The notes beneath the pieces were generated by a model. That model searched no databases. It was not told where the DNA came from and saw only the letters and a program-made list of their open reading frames with translations. 64,000 bases of DNA from an uncultured Gemmatimonadales bacterium (lineage in GTDB: Bacteria; Gemmatimonadota; Gemmatimonadetes; Gemmatimonadales; GWC2-71-9), in assembly GCA_963810185.1 (NCBI GenBank), contig CAWEMJ010000005.1, positions 7,931 to 71,930 on the forward strand, written 5' to 3'. Every line of letters starts with the position of its first letter. Within the stretch, counting starts at the first letter, position 1. Made by a program: the position numbers and the translations under genes. Below, one piece after another: positions 1-8,810 of this stretch.

Positions 1-1331
1 TGCCACGCGCGCGGATTCGTCGAATCGAGGGCAATCGACCTCCGCACGGCCTGCAGCGACGGCCGGTCGTCGGTGGGATCCACCTGCTGGAGCACGATGG
101 CCTGGGTGAGCCAGGCCTGAGCACTGCCCGAATCGGCGGCCAGCACCCGGTCCACCGAGGCGACCGCCAGTTGGAGGAGACTGTCGCGAGGCAGGCCGGG
201 TATGGTGAACTCCCGCTCCAGGGCGCGGGCGTACGAGTTGGCCAGGCCGGCCCACGCCGGCAGGTAGACCGAATCGCGCGCGATGGCGGCCTCGAAGGCG
301 GCGATGGCGTCCACGATCCCTGCCGGCGTCCGCCGGTCGTAGCCCCGGAGCCCCCGCTCGTACAACGCCTGCACCTCGGGACTCACCACCGGATGCCGCG
401 GCAGGACGAACCACGCCGTCACCGCCACCACGAGGAGCCCCGCGCCCGCCGCGATCCACCACCCGAGGTGGCGCCCCGACCGCGGCGGGGCCACGCGCTC
501 GGCACGCAACGCGGCCACGAAGCTCGTCATGTCGGCGTACCGGTCGGCCGGTACCCGCTCCAGCGCCTTCAGGACGGTCTGCTCCGCCGGCGCCGACACC
601 GTCGGGCGCACGGTGCGGAGCGGCCGCGCCGGCTCGGCGAACCGGCGGGCCATGATGGCCTGGGCCGTGGGCCCACTGAAGGGGGGCTCGCCGGTGAGCA
701 TCTCGTAGAGCACCGTGGCCAGGCTGTACTGGTCGCTCCGCGCGTCGACCCGGCCGGCCGAGGCCTGCTCGGGGCTCATGTAGGTGGGGGTACCGATGGC
801 CAGCCCGGTGCTGGTGAGCCGCTCGCCACCGGTGTCGATCAGCGCCTTGGCGATGCCGAAGTCGATGACGTACACCTGGCCGCCGGACAGGAAGATGTTG
901 TCCGGCTTGATGTCCCGGTGGATGATGCCCTGGCGGTGCGCCGCCTGGAGGGCGTCCGCCACGGCGGTGGCGATGCCCATCGCCTCGTCCACCGGCAGCT
1001 GCTGCTCGCGGGCGAGCCGGGTCCGGAGCGACTCGCCCTCGAGGTACGCCATCGCGTACCAGGGCAGGGAGGTGCCGTCCGGCTGCAGGAGCACGCCGGA
1101 GTCGAGGATCGGCACGATGTTAGGGTGCTGGAGCCCCGCGGCAAGCCGCACTTCGCGGATGAACCGGTCCACGCCGATGGCGCCGGCCAGTTCCGGATGG
1201 AGGACCTTGATGGCCACGCGACGCTCGTGGCGCAGGTCGCGGGCCAGCCAGACGGTGGCCATGCCGCCCCGGCCGAGCTCGCGCTCGACGGCGTACCGAT
1301 CGGCGATTACGGTGCCGGCAAACTCGTCCAT
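1..1331 (-). CDS. Ser/Thr protein kinase, 3' end outside window (kinase domain plus TM and TPR-like tail)
   Basis: Reverse translation from ATG at 1331: MDEFAGTVIADRYAVERELGRGGMATVWLARDLRHERRVAIKVL...HRDIKPDN...DFGIAK...GTPTYMSPEQ. Not in the ORF track because there is no stop inside the window. Starts 9 nt after the stop of the upstream kinase gene. Confidence 0.9.
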   Translation of the reverse strand, partial: MDEFAGTVIADRYAVERELGRGGMATVWLARDLRHERRVAIKVLHPELAGAIGVDRFIREVRLAAGLQHPNIVPILDSGVLLQPDGTSLPWYAMAYLEGESLRTRLAREQQLPVDEAMGIATAVADALQAAHRQGIIHRDIKPDNIFLSGGQVYVIDFGIAKALIDTGGERLTSTGLAIGTPTYMSPEQASAGRVDARSDQYSLATVLYEMLTGEPPFSGPTAQAIMARRFAEPARPLRTVRPTVSAPAEQTVLKALERVPADRYADMTSFVAALRAERVAPPRSGRHLGWWIAAGAGLLVVAVTAWFVLPRHPVVSPEVQALYERGLRGYDRRTPAGIVDAIAAFEAAIARDSVYLPAWAGLANSYARALEREFTIPGLPRDSLLQLAVASVDRVLAADSGSAQAWLTQAIVLQQVDPTDDRPSLQAVRRSIALDSTNPRAW

Positions 1332-1340
1332 GCCTGCCCC

Positions 1341-3694
1341 TCACTCCCCGAGATTCATCCTCTTCATCAACGCCTTGAACCGCGGCTCCGACCGCAGCGG
1401 ATCATAGCTCCGGTCGACCTTCAGCCAGACCAACGACTGCGAGCCGGCTGCATAGGCCTGCTCGAAAAGTCGAGAGCCCGCGTGATGGTCACCGAGGCCG
1501 AGATACACCAGTGCCAGGCTGAATGAGCGGCCCACCCGGCGAAATCTCGCTTGAGTTCCGCGAGGGTCGCCATTGCCCGGGTGCGGTCGCCTGACATGGC
1601 GTAGGCGTACCCGAGGTATCGCGTCGCCAAGGCTGCGGGCCCACCGAGGGCCAGCAGCCGCGTCTGATTTCGCGATCGCCTCCCCGTAGTTCCCGGCCTG
1701 CAGCGCCAGCGTCGACTGGACGACCGGGAAGAAGAGAGCTCGGGTCGAGCTCCGCCGCCTTTTGCGCCAGCTCCAGTGCCGGCGTCGCGTTGCCCGCAAT
1801 GACCATTGTCATCGGCCAGGTCGCACAGGATGGCCGGCGAGAGCGGGTCCAGCGCGATGGCCAGCTGGCCTTCGGCAAACGCCTCGTCAAAACGCCCGAC
1901 GATGCCCAGCATCTGGCTGAACTGGTCGTGCGCGAAGGCATAGCTTGGGTTGAGGGCGATGGCGTGGCGGAAGCTCCCGCTCGCCCCCCTCCCAGTCGAA
2001 ATCGAACCAGCCCTTGTACACGCCCAGGGAGGTGTGCGCCTCCGCCAGCAGGCTGTCCAGCTCGACGGCCCGTTCGGCCGATGCCTTTGCGAGGGGCTTC
2101 GCGTCGATGGCGCTGATCAGGTCCTTCGTAATAGGCGGCCCAGGTATAAGCATCCGATAGCCCCGAGTACGCGGGGGCAAAGGTCGGGCTCAGGCGGATC
2201 GCTTCCTCAAACTGCGCGATGGCCTTCTGCAGGTTCTCGTCACTCGGGCGGTTGAAGAAGTAGCGTCCCTTGAGGTAGGCGTCGTGGGCCTCCGGATTCA
2301 CCCTCGGCAGGGCAGAGAGGCGGGACTGCTCTCCGGGCGTCAATTGCACGTTGATGGCGCCGGCGATGGCCGACGCCAGCTCGGCCTGCAGCGCCAGCAC
2401 GTCTGTCGACTGGCGCTCGAACGTTTGGCTCCAGAGGTGCCTGTCGGCCCGGGCGTCGATCAACTGCGCGGTGATCCGTACCCGGTCGCCCGAGCGGGTC
2501 ACCGACCCCTCCACGATGGCGTCCACGTCGAGGATCCTGGCGATCTCCGGCGTTGCGGGGCGGTTCTGCCCCTTGAACTGCATCACCGACCCGCGGGAGA
2601 TGACCCGGAGCTGGCTGATCGTCGCCAGGTCGCTGGTCAGCTCGTCCGTCATCCCCTCGGCGAAGTAGTCCTGGGTGGAATCGGCGGAGTAGTTGTCGAG
2701 GGGCAGCACGGCGATCGAACGGATGGCCTGGCCGGTTGCGGCTGGGTGTTCGCGCCGCCAGACGAGCAGCGCCGCAGCCATGAGGACCACCCAGCCCGGC
2801 CGCACAGCACCGGCCGCAGCCAACGGCCCGGGAAGGGACGCGGCGCCGGGGTGGCGGCCGGCCCGCTCACCAGTGGCCTCGGCAAAGTCCCGCGCGCTGG
2901 CAAACCGGTCGACCGGCGCCTTGGCCAGCGCCCGCATCACGGCGGTATCGACCGACGGCGGCACGGTGTCGCGCAGCACGCGGAGCGACGTCGGCCGCTC
3001 GGTCATCAGCTTGGCGAGCATGCGCCTGGACCGATGCGCCGGTCATGGGTGGCTCGCCGGCGAGCATCTCGTAGGTCACCGCCCCCAGGGCGTAGACGTC
3101 GCTCCGGGCGTCGAGGTGGCGGTCCCCGGCGGCCTGCTCCGGGCTCATGTAACTGGGGGTGCCGAGCGAGAGCCCCGTGGCGGTGAGGCGGTCGCCGCCG
3201 GCCTGCTGTACGGCGAGCGCGATGCCGAAATCGGTCAGAAAGGCATTGCCCTCGTGGAGCAGGATGTTCTCGGGCTTGATGTCGCGGTGGATCACCCCCT
3301 GGCGGTGGGCGTAGTCCAGCGCCGAGGCGATCTGTGTCGTGATGGCGAGCGCGTCGTCGATGTCGAGCTGCTTGTCCCGCGCGAGGCGGGTGCGCAGCGA
3401 CTCGCCGCGCACGAAGGGCATGACGTAGAAGAGGGTGCCGTCGGCGTCGCCGGAGTCGATGAGCGTGAGGATGTGGGGATGGTCGAGCCGGGCGGTGATC
3501 TTCACTTCGGCCAGGAAGCGCTCGGCGCCGAGCGCGGCGGCCAGCTCGGGGCGGAGGACCTTGATGGCCACGTCGCGGTCGTGCCTGAGGTCGCGCGCCA
3601 GGTAGACGGTGGCCATGCCGCCCGCGCCGAGCTCGCGCTCGATGCGGTAGCGGTCGGCGAGTGCGGCGGCGAGGCGGGGCAGGAGATCGGTCAC
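1341..3694 (-). pseudogene. Ser/Thr kinase with TolB-like and TPR domains, disrupted by about 7 frameshifts
   Basis: The kinase domain is intact in ORF 2867-3694 (GTG start, [17 protein letters not shown]). The rest must be stitched from ORFs 1489-3021, 1887-2180, 1421-1912 and 1341-1799, switching frame near 3023, 2125, 1975, 1805, 1745, 1670 and 1540. Collinear with the intact paralog 5494-7749. Confidence 0.8.
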
Positions 3695-3815
3695 AGTGAG
3701 GGGAAAGATGGCCCCAGCCGGTATGCCACGCTAGGCAGCGGGGCAGGAACTGCAACAGCAACGCGGGAAACGCGGAAAACAGCTAGAAACTCGGAAGATT
3801 GCAGGGAGGTGGGGG

Positions 3816-4084
3816 CTACTTCTTACTGACCGCTGACTTGTGCGCCTCCTCGTACAGCGTCTCCGGCGCCACGTCGGCACCATTCGGCCAGACGATCGTC
3901 TCAGCCTCGTGGTCTACCCAGACCTTGGCGAACAGCACAGGGTCCCGCAGTTCAGCGAAGACTCCCGTGTCTCGTTCAGGTAGAGCCGGGCTCGGAAATC
4001 GATGTCGCCCGAGGAGCCGTCGGTGAAGGTGAGCCGCAGCCCATAGGGGGGGATGACCTGAACCGTGGTCACGACCGGGTACAT
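3816..4084 (-). CDS. DUF2442-family small protein, one frameshift
   Basis: ATG at 4084 gives MYPVVTTVQVIPPYGLRLTFTDGSSGDIDF. The C-terminal half (FAELRDPVLFAKVWVDHEAETIVWPNGADVAPETLYEEA) is in another frame (ORF 3816-4145). Length is 269 nt, not a multiple of 3. Lies 3 nt downstream of the DUF4160 gene. Confidence 0.6.
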
Positions 4085-4087
4085 ACG

Positions 4088-4348
4088 CTACTCCAATGGG
4101 GCGATTCGCCCTGGCGGCAAGTCCCGCTGGATACGACGCCAGCACTCCATCAACTCAGACTCATGTAGCCTAGCCCACCGCAGTACCAATGCCAAGTGAG
4201 CGCGTGGCAGGTGGCCCCCAAGCAGCCGGACGGGATCCAGCTGGATCTGCGCGTGCGCCGATCCATGGCGCGCATGGAAGTGCGGAGGCTCGTGATCGTC
4301 ATAGTACATCTGGATCACGATGCCGAAGAACCGTGCGATTTCGGGCAT
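4088..4348 (-). CDS. DUF4160-family small protein
   Basis: Internal ATG of ORF 4088-4663: MPEIARFFGIVIQMYYDDHEPPHFHARHG..., the typical DUF4160 N-terminus. The longer ORF runs through a repeat element. Confidence 0.75.
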   Translation of the reverse strand: MPEIARFFGIVIQMYYDDHEPPHFHARHGSAHAQIQLDPVRLLGGHLPRAHLALVLRWARLHESELMECWRRIQRDLPPGRIAPLE

Positions 4349-4454
4349 GGCGACCAAGGTGGCCGTTGCCGGTCGGATACTCGCAATCATACATCTGGCC
4401 CGATGGCCCCAATCCCGCAGGCCTGCCGCGCGCTGACAGGAGCCCCGTCCCAGC

Positions 4455-4499
4455 GTCCCCCCTCTCCACATGGTGGAGAGGGGGACAGGGGGTGAGGAC
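4455..4499 (+). repeat. Family A hairpin repeat, copy 1, followed by G-rich tail 4505-4537
   Basis: GTCCCCCCTCTCCACATGGTGGAGAGGGGGACAGGGGGTGAGGAC: 12-bp GC stem plus a conserved ACAGGGGGTGAGG box. Confidence 0.9.
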
Positions 4500-4636
4500 A
4501 AATCGGCGGGGCAGCAGGGCAGGGGCGCAGGGCGCAGAAAGGCCTGGTCGCGCGCGATTCTGGTCACCCCAGCGTGATCCAGCGGGCTGAAATTGCCCTC
4601 AGCCCATGGCGTACCATCCCCTTGCCCGAAACTGCA

Positions 4637-4659
4637 CGTATAACGACATTCGTTATACG
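4637..4659. promoter_or_regulatory. Perfect 10-3-10 palindrome upstream of higB1, candidate HigA operator
   Basis: CGTATAACGA-CAT-TCGTTATACG, AT-rich in a GC-rich context, 33 nt upstream of the higB GTG. Confidence 0.5.
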
Positions 4660-4691
4660 GCATTTGTGCGCGACTTCGCGGGGCGCGCCAC

Positions 4692-4985
4692 GTGATCCGG
4701 TCGTTTGCCGACGTGGGGACTGAAGACCTCTACCACGGCCGGGATACCAAGGCGGCACGCCGAGCCTGCCCCAGGCCGCTCTGGGCCGTCGCGGGCCGCA
4801 AGCTGGACCAGCTCCACGCGGCGGTCTCCCTGGATTCGCTCCGCATTCCACCTGGGAACCGGCTAGAGGCCTTGCACGCGGGCCGGGCCGGCCAGCACAG
4901 CATCCGGGTCAATGATCAGTTCCGGATCTGTTTCGTGTGGACCGCGGCGGGGCCGGAGCAGGTCGGCATCGTGGACTATCACTGA
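4692..4985 (+). CDS. higB: HigB-type toxin (RelE/ParE superfamily, 'plasmid maintenance system killer')
   Basis: 97 aa: MIRSFADVGTEDLYHGRDTKAARR...NRLEALHAGRAGQHSIRVNDQFRICFVW...VGIVDYH. Toxin precedes antitoxin. Confidence 0.85.
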   Translation: MIRSFADVGTEDLYHGRDTKAARRACPRPLWAVAGRKLDQLHAAVSLDSLRIPPGNRLEALHAGRAGQHSIRVNDQFRICFVWTAAGPEQVGIVDYH

Positions 4986-5017
4986 GCGTCGCAGTCGTGG
5001 CGGGGAGGAGACTTCCG

Positions 5018-5356
5018 ATGGTCCTGATTCCTTCGAGTCGTGCGCCCACGCACCCCGGGCAGATGCTGCTCGAGGAGTTCCTCAAGCCGTTCGAAATGAC
5101 CCAGCGCGAACTCGCTACGCAGATCGGGGTGTCCTACCCTCGCATCAACGAGTTGATCCACGGAAAGCGCGGGGTGACCCCGGACACGGCTCTCCGATTG
5201 GCGCAGCTCTTTGGCATGGAGGCGCACTTCTGGCTCAACCTCCAGATGTGCTGGGATCTCTACCAGGCCGCGCACGCACCAGCGGCGCAGGCAATCCGGC
5301 GGATCAGGCGGCTCCCAGCCGCCCGCAGGGCGAGACGATCCCCTACAGCGGCCTGA
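5018..5356 (+). CDS. higA: HigA-type antitoxin, XRE HTH
   Basis: ATG at 5018 with GGAGGAG upstream: HPGQMLLEEFLKPFEMTQRELATQIGVSYPRINELIHGKRGVTPDTALRLAQLFGMEAHFWLNLQ. Confidence 0.85.
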   Translation: MVLIPSSRAPTHPGQMLLEEFLKPFEMTQRELATQIGVSYPRINELIHGKRGVTPDTALRLAQLFGMEAHFWLNLQMCWDLYQAAHAPAAQAIRRIRRLPAARRARRSPTAA

Positions 5357-5357
5357 C

Positions 5358-5400
5358 GTCCCCCCTCTCCGCTTGCCGGAGAGGGGGACAGGGGGTGAGG
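5358..5400 (+). repeat. Family A repeat, copy 2 (compensated stem variant), G-rich tail 5406-5438
   Basis: GTCCCCCCTCTCCGCTTGCCGGAGAGGGGGACAGGGGGTGAGG. Starts 2 nt after the higA stop. Confidence 0.9.
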
Positions 5401-5493
5401 TGAAGGCGGGGCAGCGGGGCAGCAGGGCAGGGTGGCAGTCAACGTGCGTGTCGCTTCAGCGACATCAGCCGAGCCGCGGGTTCACCCGCGGGT

Positions 5494-7749
5494 CTAGCGT
5501 AGTCCAATCCTCCGCACCAGCTCCGCATACCGCGCGTCCTTCCGCAGCGGCCCGTAGCCCGGGTCGAGGTGCAGGTAGATGAGCCCGGCCGAGTGGGCGT
5601 CGAACGCTTTCTGCAGCGACGCGAACGCCCGGTCGAGGTCGCCCAAGGCGGCATACCCCATGGCCAGCACCTCGGCGCGGAGGTACTCCGTCTTCGCCTG
5701 AGTCTCGAGGCGCTCCATGATCGCGGCGGCCTCCTCCGTTTCCCCCAGCGCCACCAGCGGCCGGACGATCATCGCGTCGTAGGATCGCACCGCCGTGCTC
5801 AGCGACTGCCCCTTCCGGAAGGCGTCCAGCGAGGCGTCGAGGTTGCCGCGCGCCAGTTCCGCGGCCCCGATGTCGAGGTACGCCTGGAAGTAGCTCGGCT
5901 CGATCTCCAGCGTCTTCTTGCTCTGCTCGATGGCCGCCTCGTTCCGCTCGGCGTACAGCAGGAAGCGTCCGAGCCACCGGGAGAAGTGCGCCGAGAGCGG
6001 ATCGAGGACCAGCGCCCGCCGCAGCTCGTCGATCGCCTCCACCAGCCGCCCCACCGCCGGCAGCGTGCTGCCGTAGACGAAGTGCGCCTCGGCGTAGTTC
6101 GGGTTGTACTCCACCGCCTTGGCCAGGGCCTGCGACGCGCCCTCGAAATCCCACTCGTACCAGCAGAGCACCTTGCCGATCGAGGTGTGCGCCTCGCCCA
6201 GCGTCGGCTCGAGCTGGACGGCACGCGTGGCAGCCGACTTGGCCTTGGGGTACGCCACCTCCGGCGCCACCCAGTCGTCGGCCAGGTTGCTCCAGCAGTC
6301 GGCGATCCCTGAGTAGGCGCGCGCGTAGCCAGGGTCAGCGTCGAGCGCCTGTTCGAACAGCGACTGCGCCTTGTGGAGGTCGTGCTCGGCCAGCCGGTTG
6401 ACGAAGAAACGCCCCTTGAGGTAGAGGGTGTACGCCTCGAGGTTGTCGGTGGCCGGCTTGACCAGCGGCTCCGCCTGCGCCCCGCCCATCAGCTTGATCT
6501 TGAGCGCGTCCGCGATGGCGCGGCTGATCTCATCCTGGATGGCGAAGACGTCTTCCAGCTGGCGGTCGAAGGTCTCCGACCAGAGCTGGTAGTTGTTGGT
6601 CACGTTCACCAGCTGCGCGGCAATCCGGATCCGGTTGCCGATCTTGCGGACGCTCCCCTCCAGCACCGCGGAGACGCCGAGCCGGCGGCCCACCTCCGCG
6701 ATCTCGACCGACTTCCCCTTGAACGCGAACGACGAGGTGCGCGACGCCACCTGCAGCCCGGGAATCCGCGCCAGGGCGTTGATGATCTCCTCGGTCATCC
6801 CGTCGCTGAAATACTCGTTCTCGGGGTCCGCGCTCATGTTGGCGAGCGGGAGCACCACGATGGACTTCTCGGTCGACGGGACGCCGACCGGCGTGGTGCC
6901 CGACGGGGTGCGCTCCCGCTGCTCGGCCTGGAGCAGCGCCTCGGCGAAGTCGGCGGCCGTCAGGAAGCGGTCCACCGGGGTGCGGGCGAGCGCGCGCACG
7001 ATCGCCTCGTCCACCAGCTCGGGCACGTCGCGCATGGCGCGCGCGTGCGGGATCGGCGCGAGGAACCGCTTGGAGATGATGGCCTGCGCGTTGGGGCCGG
7101 TGTAGGGCTGCTCCCCGGTGAGCATCTCGTACAGGACGCAGCCGAGGGAATAGAGGTCGCTCCGCCCGTCGATCGAGGCGTCGGCGGACGCCTGCTCGGG
7201 GCTCATGTAGGCCGGGGTGCCGACCGCGATGCCGGTCTGGGTGATGGTGCCGTCGGTGCCGCTCAGCGCCTTGCCGATGCCGAAGTCGGCCACCAGGGCG
7301 GCCCCTTCGTGCATCAGGATGTTCTCGGGCTTGACGTCGCGGTGGATGATCCCCTGGCGGTGGGCATAGTCGAGGGCCGCGGCGACCTGGCGGGTGATCC
7401 TGAGCGCCTCGTCGAGCGGGAGCATCGTGCCGCCGGCCATCCGGTCGCGGAGCGACTTCCCGGCCATCATCGGCATGACGTAGAAGTAGAACCCGCCCGC
7501 CTCGCCCGAGTCGAAGACCGGGAGGATGTGCGGGTGGGTCAGCCGGGCCGCCATCCGGATTTCACGATCGAACCGGTCGCCGCCGATTTCGTTGGCGATC
7601 TCGGGCCGGAGGACCTTGACGGCCACCTGGCGCCCGTGGCGGAGGTCGTGGGCCAGGAAGACCACGGCCATGCCGCCTTCGCCAAGTTCTCGTTCGATGG
7701 TGTAGCGGCCGGCGAGCGCAGTCGCGAGGCGTTGCTGGAGGTCGGTCAC
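5494..7749 (-). CDS. Ser/Thr protein kinase with TolB-like and TPR domains (intact, 751 aa)
   Basis: GEGGMAVVFLAHD, VAVKVL, HRDVKPEN, DFGIGK, GTPAYMSPEQ. These are followed by SIVVLPLANMSADPENEYFSDGMTEEIINAL...IRIAAQLV and a C-terminal TPR region. Confidence 0.95.
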   Translation of the reverse strand: MTDLQQRLATALAGRYTIERELGEGGMAVVFLAHDLRHGRQVAVKVLRPEIANEIGGDRFDREIRMAARLTHPHILPVFDSGEAGGFYFYVMPMMAGKSLRDRMAGGTMLPLDEALRITRQVAAALDYAHRQGIIHRDVKPENILMHEGAALVADFGIGKALSGTDGTITQTGIAVGTPAYMSPEQASADASIDGRSDLYSLGCVLYEMLTGEQPYTGPNAQAIISKRFLAPIPHARAMRDVPELVDEAIVRALARTPVDRFLTAADFAEALLQAEQRERTPSGTTPVGVPSTEKSIVVLPLANMSADPENEYFSDGMTEEIINALARIPGLQVASRTSSFAFKGKSVEIAEVGRRLGVSAVLEGSVRKIGNRIRIAAQLVNVTNNYQLWSETFDRQLEDVFAIQDEISRAIADALKIKLMGGAQAEPLVKPATDNLEAYTLYLKGRFFVNRLAEHDLHKAQSLFEQALDADPGYARAYSGIADCWSNLADDWVAPEVAYPKAKSAATRAVQLEPTLGEAHTSIGKVLCWYEWDFEGASQALAKAVEYNPNYAEAHFVYGSTLPAVGRLVEAIDELRRALVLDPLSAHFSRWLGRFLLYAERNEAAIEQSKKTLEIEPSYFQAYLDIGAAELARGNLDASLDAFRKGQSLSTAVRSYDAMIVRPLVALGETEEAAAIMERLETQAKTEYLRAEVLAMGYAALGDLDRAFASLQKAFDAHSAGLIYLHLDPGYGPLRKDARYAELVRRIGLR

Positions 7750-7906
7750 AGTGCAGGGAAGATGGCACCGGCCCGCGCGGCGCGCTAGGCGAACACCAGC
7801 GGGGCCGGCGTCAAACTGCTCCCCCGAGCACGGTTCCGGTTATTGCAGACCTGTTTCCTTCACGAATGTTGCACCAGACCCGAGCGATCTGGTGGCTCGA
7901 TCTCTG

Positions 7907-7935
7907 TTGACAATATATACAAAGATATATAATCT
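7907..7935 (+). promoter_or_regulatory. Consensus-like sigma70 promoter abutting the toxin start codon
   Basis: TTGACA at 7907-7912. TATAAT at 7928-7933 (15-nt spacer) or TAATCT at 7930-7935 (17-nt spacer). The GTG start is at 7936. Confidence 0.5.
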
Positions 7936-8271
7936 GTGACGCAGCCCTGTAAGCCGATCGCCTGGGTCGGGTCGTCCCTCGCCGACCTGCGCCGCTTCCC
8001 GGACTCAGCTCGGCGATCCGCTGGATTTCAGCTTCGTCTTGTGCAGGCTGGTCTCATGCCCGATGACTGGAAGCCGATGTCAACTGTCGGCGCCGGCGTC
8101 TACGAAATTCGGCTGCGCCAGGGGGCGGCGTTCCGGGTTGTCTACGTGGCCAAGTTCGAGGAGGCGGTGTATGTGCTCCACGTGTTCGAAAAGCGCAGCC
8201 GGCAAACCAGCCCGTTGGATATCGACCTGGCCCGGGCCCGGCTGGCAGAGGTGCTGCGGCAACGGAAGTGA
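7936..8271 (+). CDS. Gp49-like (RelE/HigB-2-like) toxin
   Basis: 111 aa: KPIAWVGSSLADLRRFPDSARRSAGFQLRLVQAG...GVYEIRLRQGAAFRVVYVAKFEEAVYVLHVFEKRSRQT. Confidence 0.75.
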   Translation: MTQPCKPIAWVGSSLADLRRFPDSARRSAGFQLRLVQAGLMPDDWKPMSTVGAGVYEIRLRQGAAFRVVYVAKFEEAVYVLHVFEKRSRQTSPLDIDLARARLAEVLRQRK

Positions 8272-8286
8272 CGAGAGGAGGCCAGA

Positions 8287-8586
8287 ATGGTCAGAAGGAT
8301 CCGCAAGAGTGCCGGAAACGTATTCACCGATCTCGGCTTCGACCCTGGGGAGGCCGAGCACCTTCGCATCCGGGCCGATCTCATGATCGAACTCAGCCGG
8401 TTCATTGCAGCCCACGGACTCACCCAGGCCAGCGCCGCGCGCAAGTTCGGCGTCACCCAGCCCCGTATCAGCGATTTGGTGCGGGGCAAGATCGACCGCT
8501 TCAGTATTGATACGCTGGTGACCATGCTTGGCCACGCAGGGATGCGGGTGACCGTGTCCACCAGGAAGCGTGCCCAGGTGGCGTAA
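8287..8586 (+). CDS. XRE-family HTH antitoxin partner
   Basis: 99 aa: NVFTDLGFDPGEAEHLRIRADLMIEL...GLTQASAARKFGVTQPRISDLVRGKIDRFSIDTLVTMLGHAG. Confidence 0.8.
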   Translation: MVRRIRKSAGNVFTDLGFDPGEAEHLRIRADLMIELSRFIAAHGLTQASAARKFGVTQPRISDLVRGKIDRFSIDTLVTMLGHAGMRVTVSTRKRAQVA

Positions 8587-8593
8587 TTCCGCC

Positions 8594-8638
8594 GTCCCCC
8601 CTCTCCACATGGTGGAGAGGGGGTCAGGGGGTGAGGAC
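8594..8638 (+). repeat. Family A repeat, copy 3, G-rich tail 8647-8683
   Basis: GTCCCCCCTCTCCACATGGTGGAGAGGGGGTCAGGGGGTGAGGAC, 8 nt after the antitoxin stop. Confidence 0.9.
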
Positions 8639-8689
8639 GAGTCGACGGGCCAGCGGGGCAGGGAGGCAGTGAGGCAGGGTGGCCGTAGC

Positions 8690-8736
8690 GAGATTGCTTC
8701 GTCGGCCCCATTGGGGCCTCCTCGCAATGACAGAAG
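8690..8736 (-). repeat. Family C repeat (TGTCATTGCGAGG...CGAAGCAATC type), single copy
   Basis: GAGATTGCTTCGTCGGCCCCATTGGGGCCTCCTCGCAATGACAGAAG, with internal hairpin GGCCCCATTGGGGCC. Confidence 0.8.
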
Positions 8737-8749
8737 CTCTGTCCGGCGC

Positions 8750-8794
8750 GTCCCCCTTCTCCACATGGTGGAGAGGGGGAAAGGGGGTGAGGAC
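8750..8794 (+). repeat. Family A repeat, copy 4
   Basis: GTCCCCCTTCTCCACATGGTGGAGAGGGGGAAAGGGGGTGAGGAC. Confidence 0.9.
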
Positions 8795-8810
8795 TGAGTG
8801 AGATAGGGGG

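Noticed and set aside
171-1526. Long plus-strand ORFs opposite the kinases and other genes (for example 171-1526, 2693-3829, 6373-7788, 14614-15888, 55087-57021, 26083-27915 minus, 24824-26203 minus, 47214-49028 minus, 17547-19511 minus).
   Set aside because: They are Arg/Gly/Pro/Ala-rich translations with no recognisable motifs, lying exactly antisense to well-supported genes. These are typical shadow ORFs of high-GC DNA.
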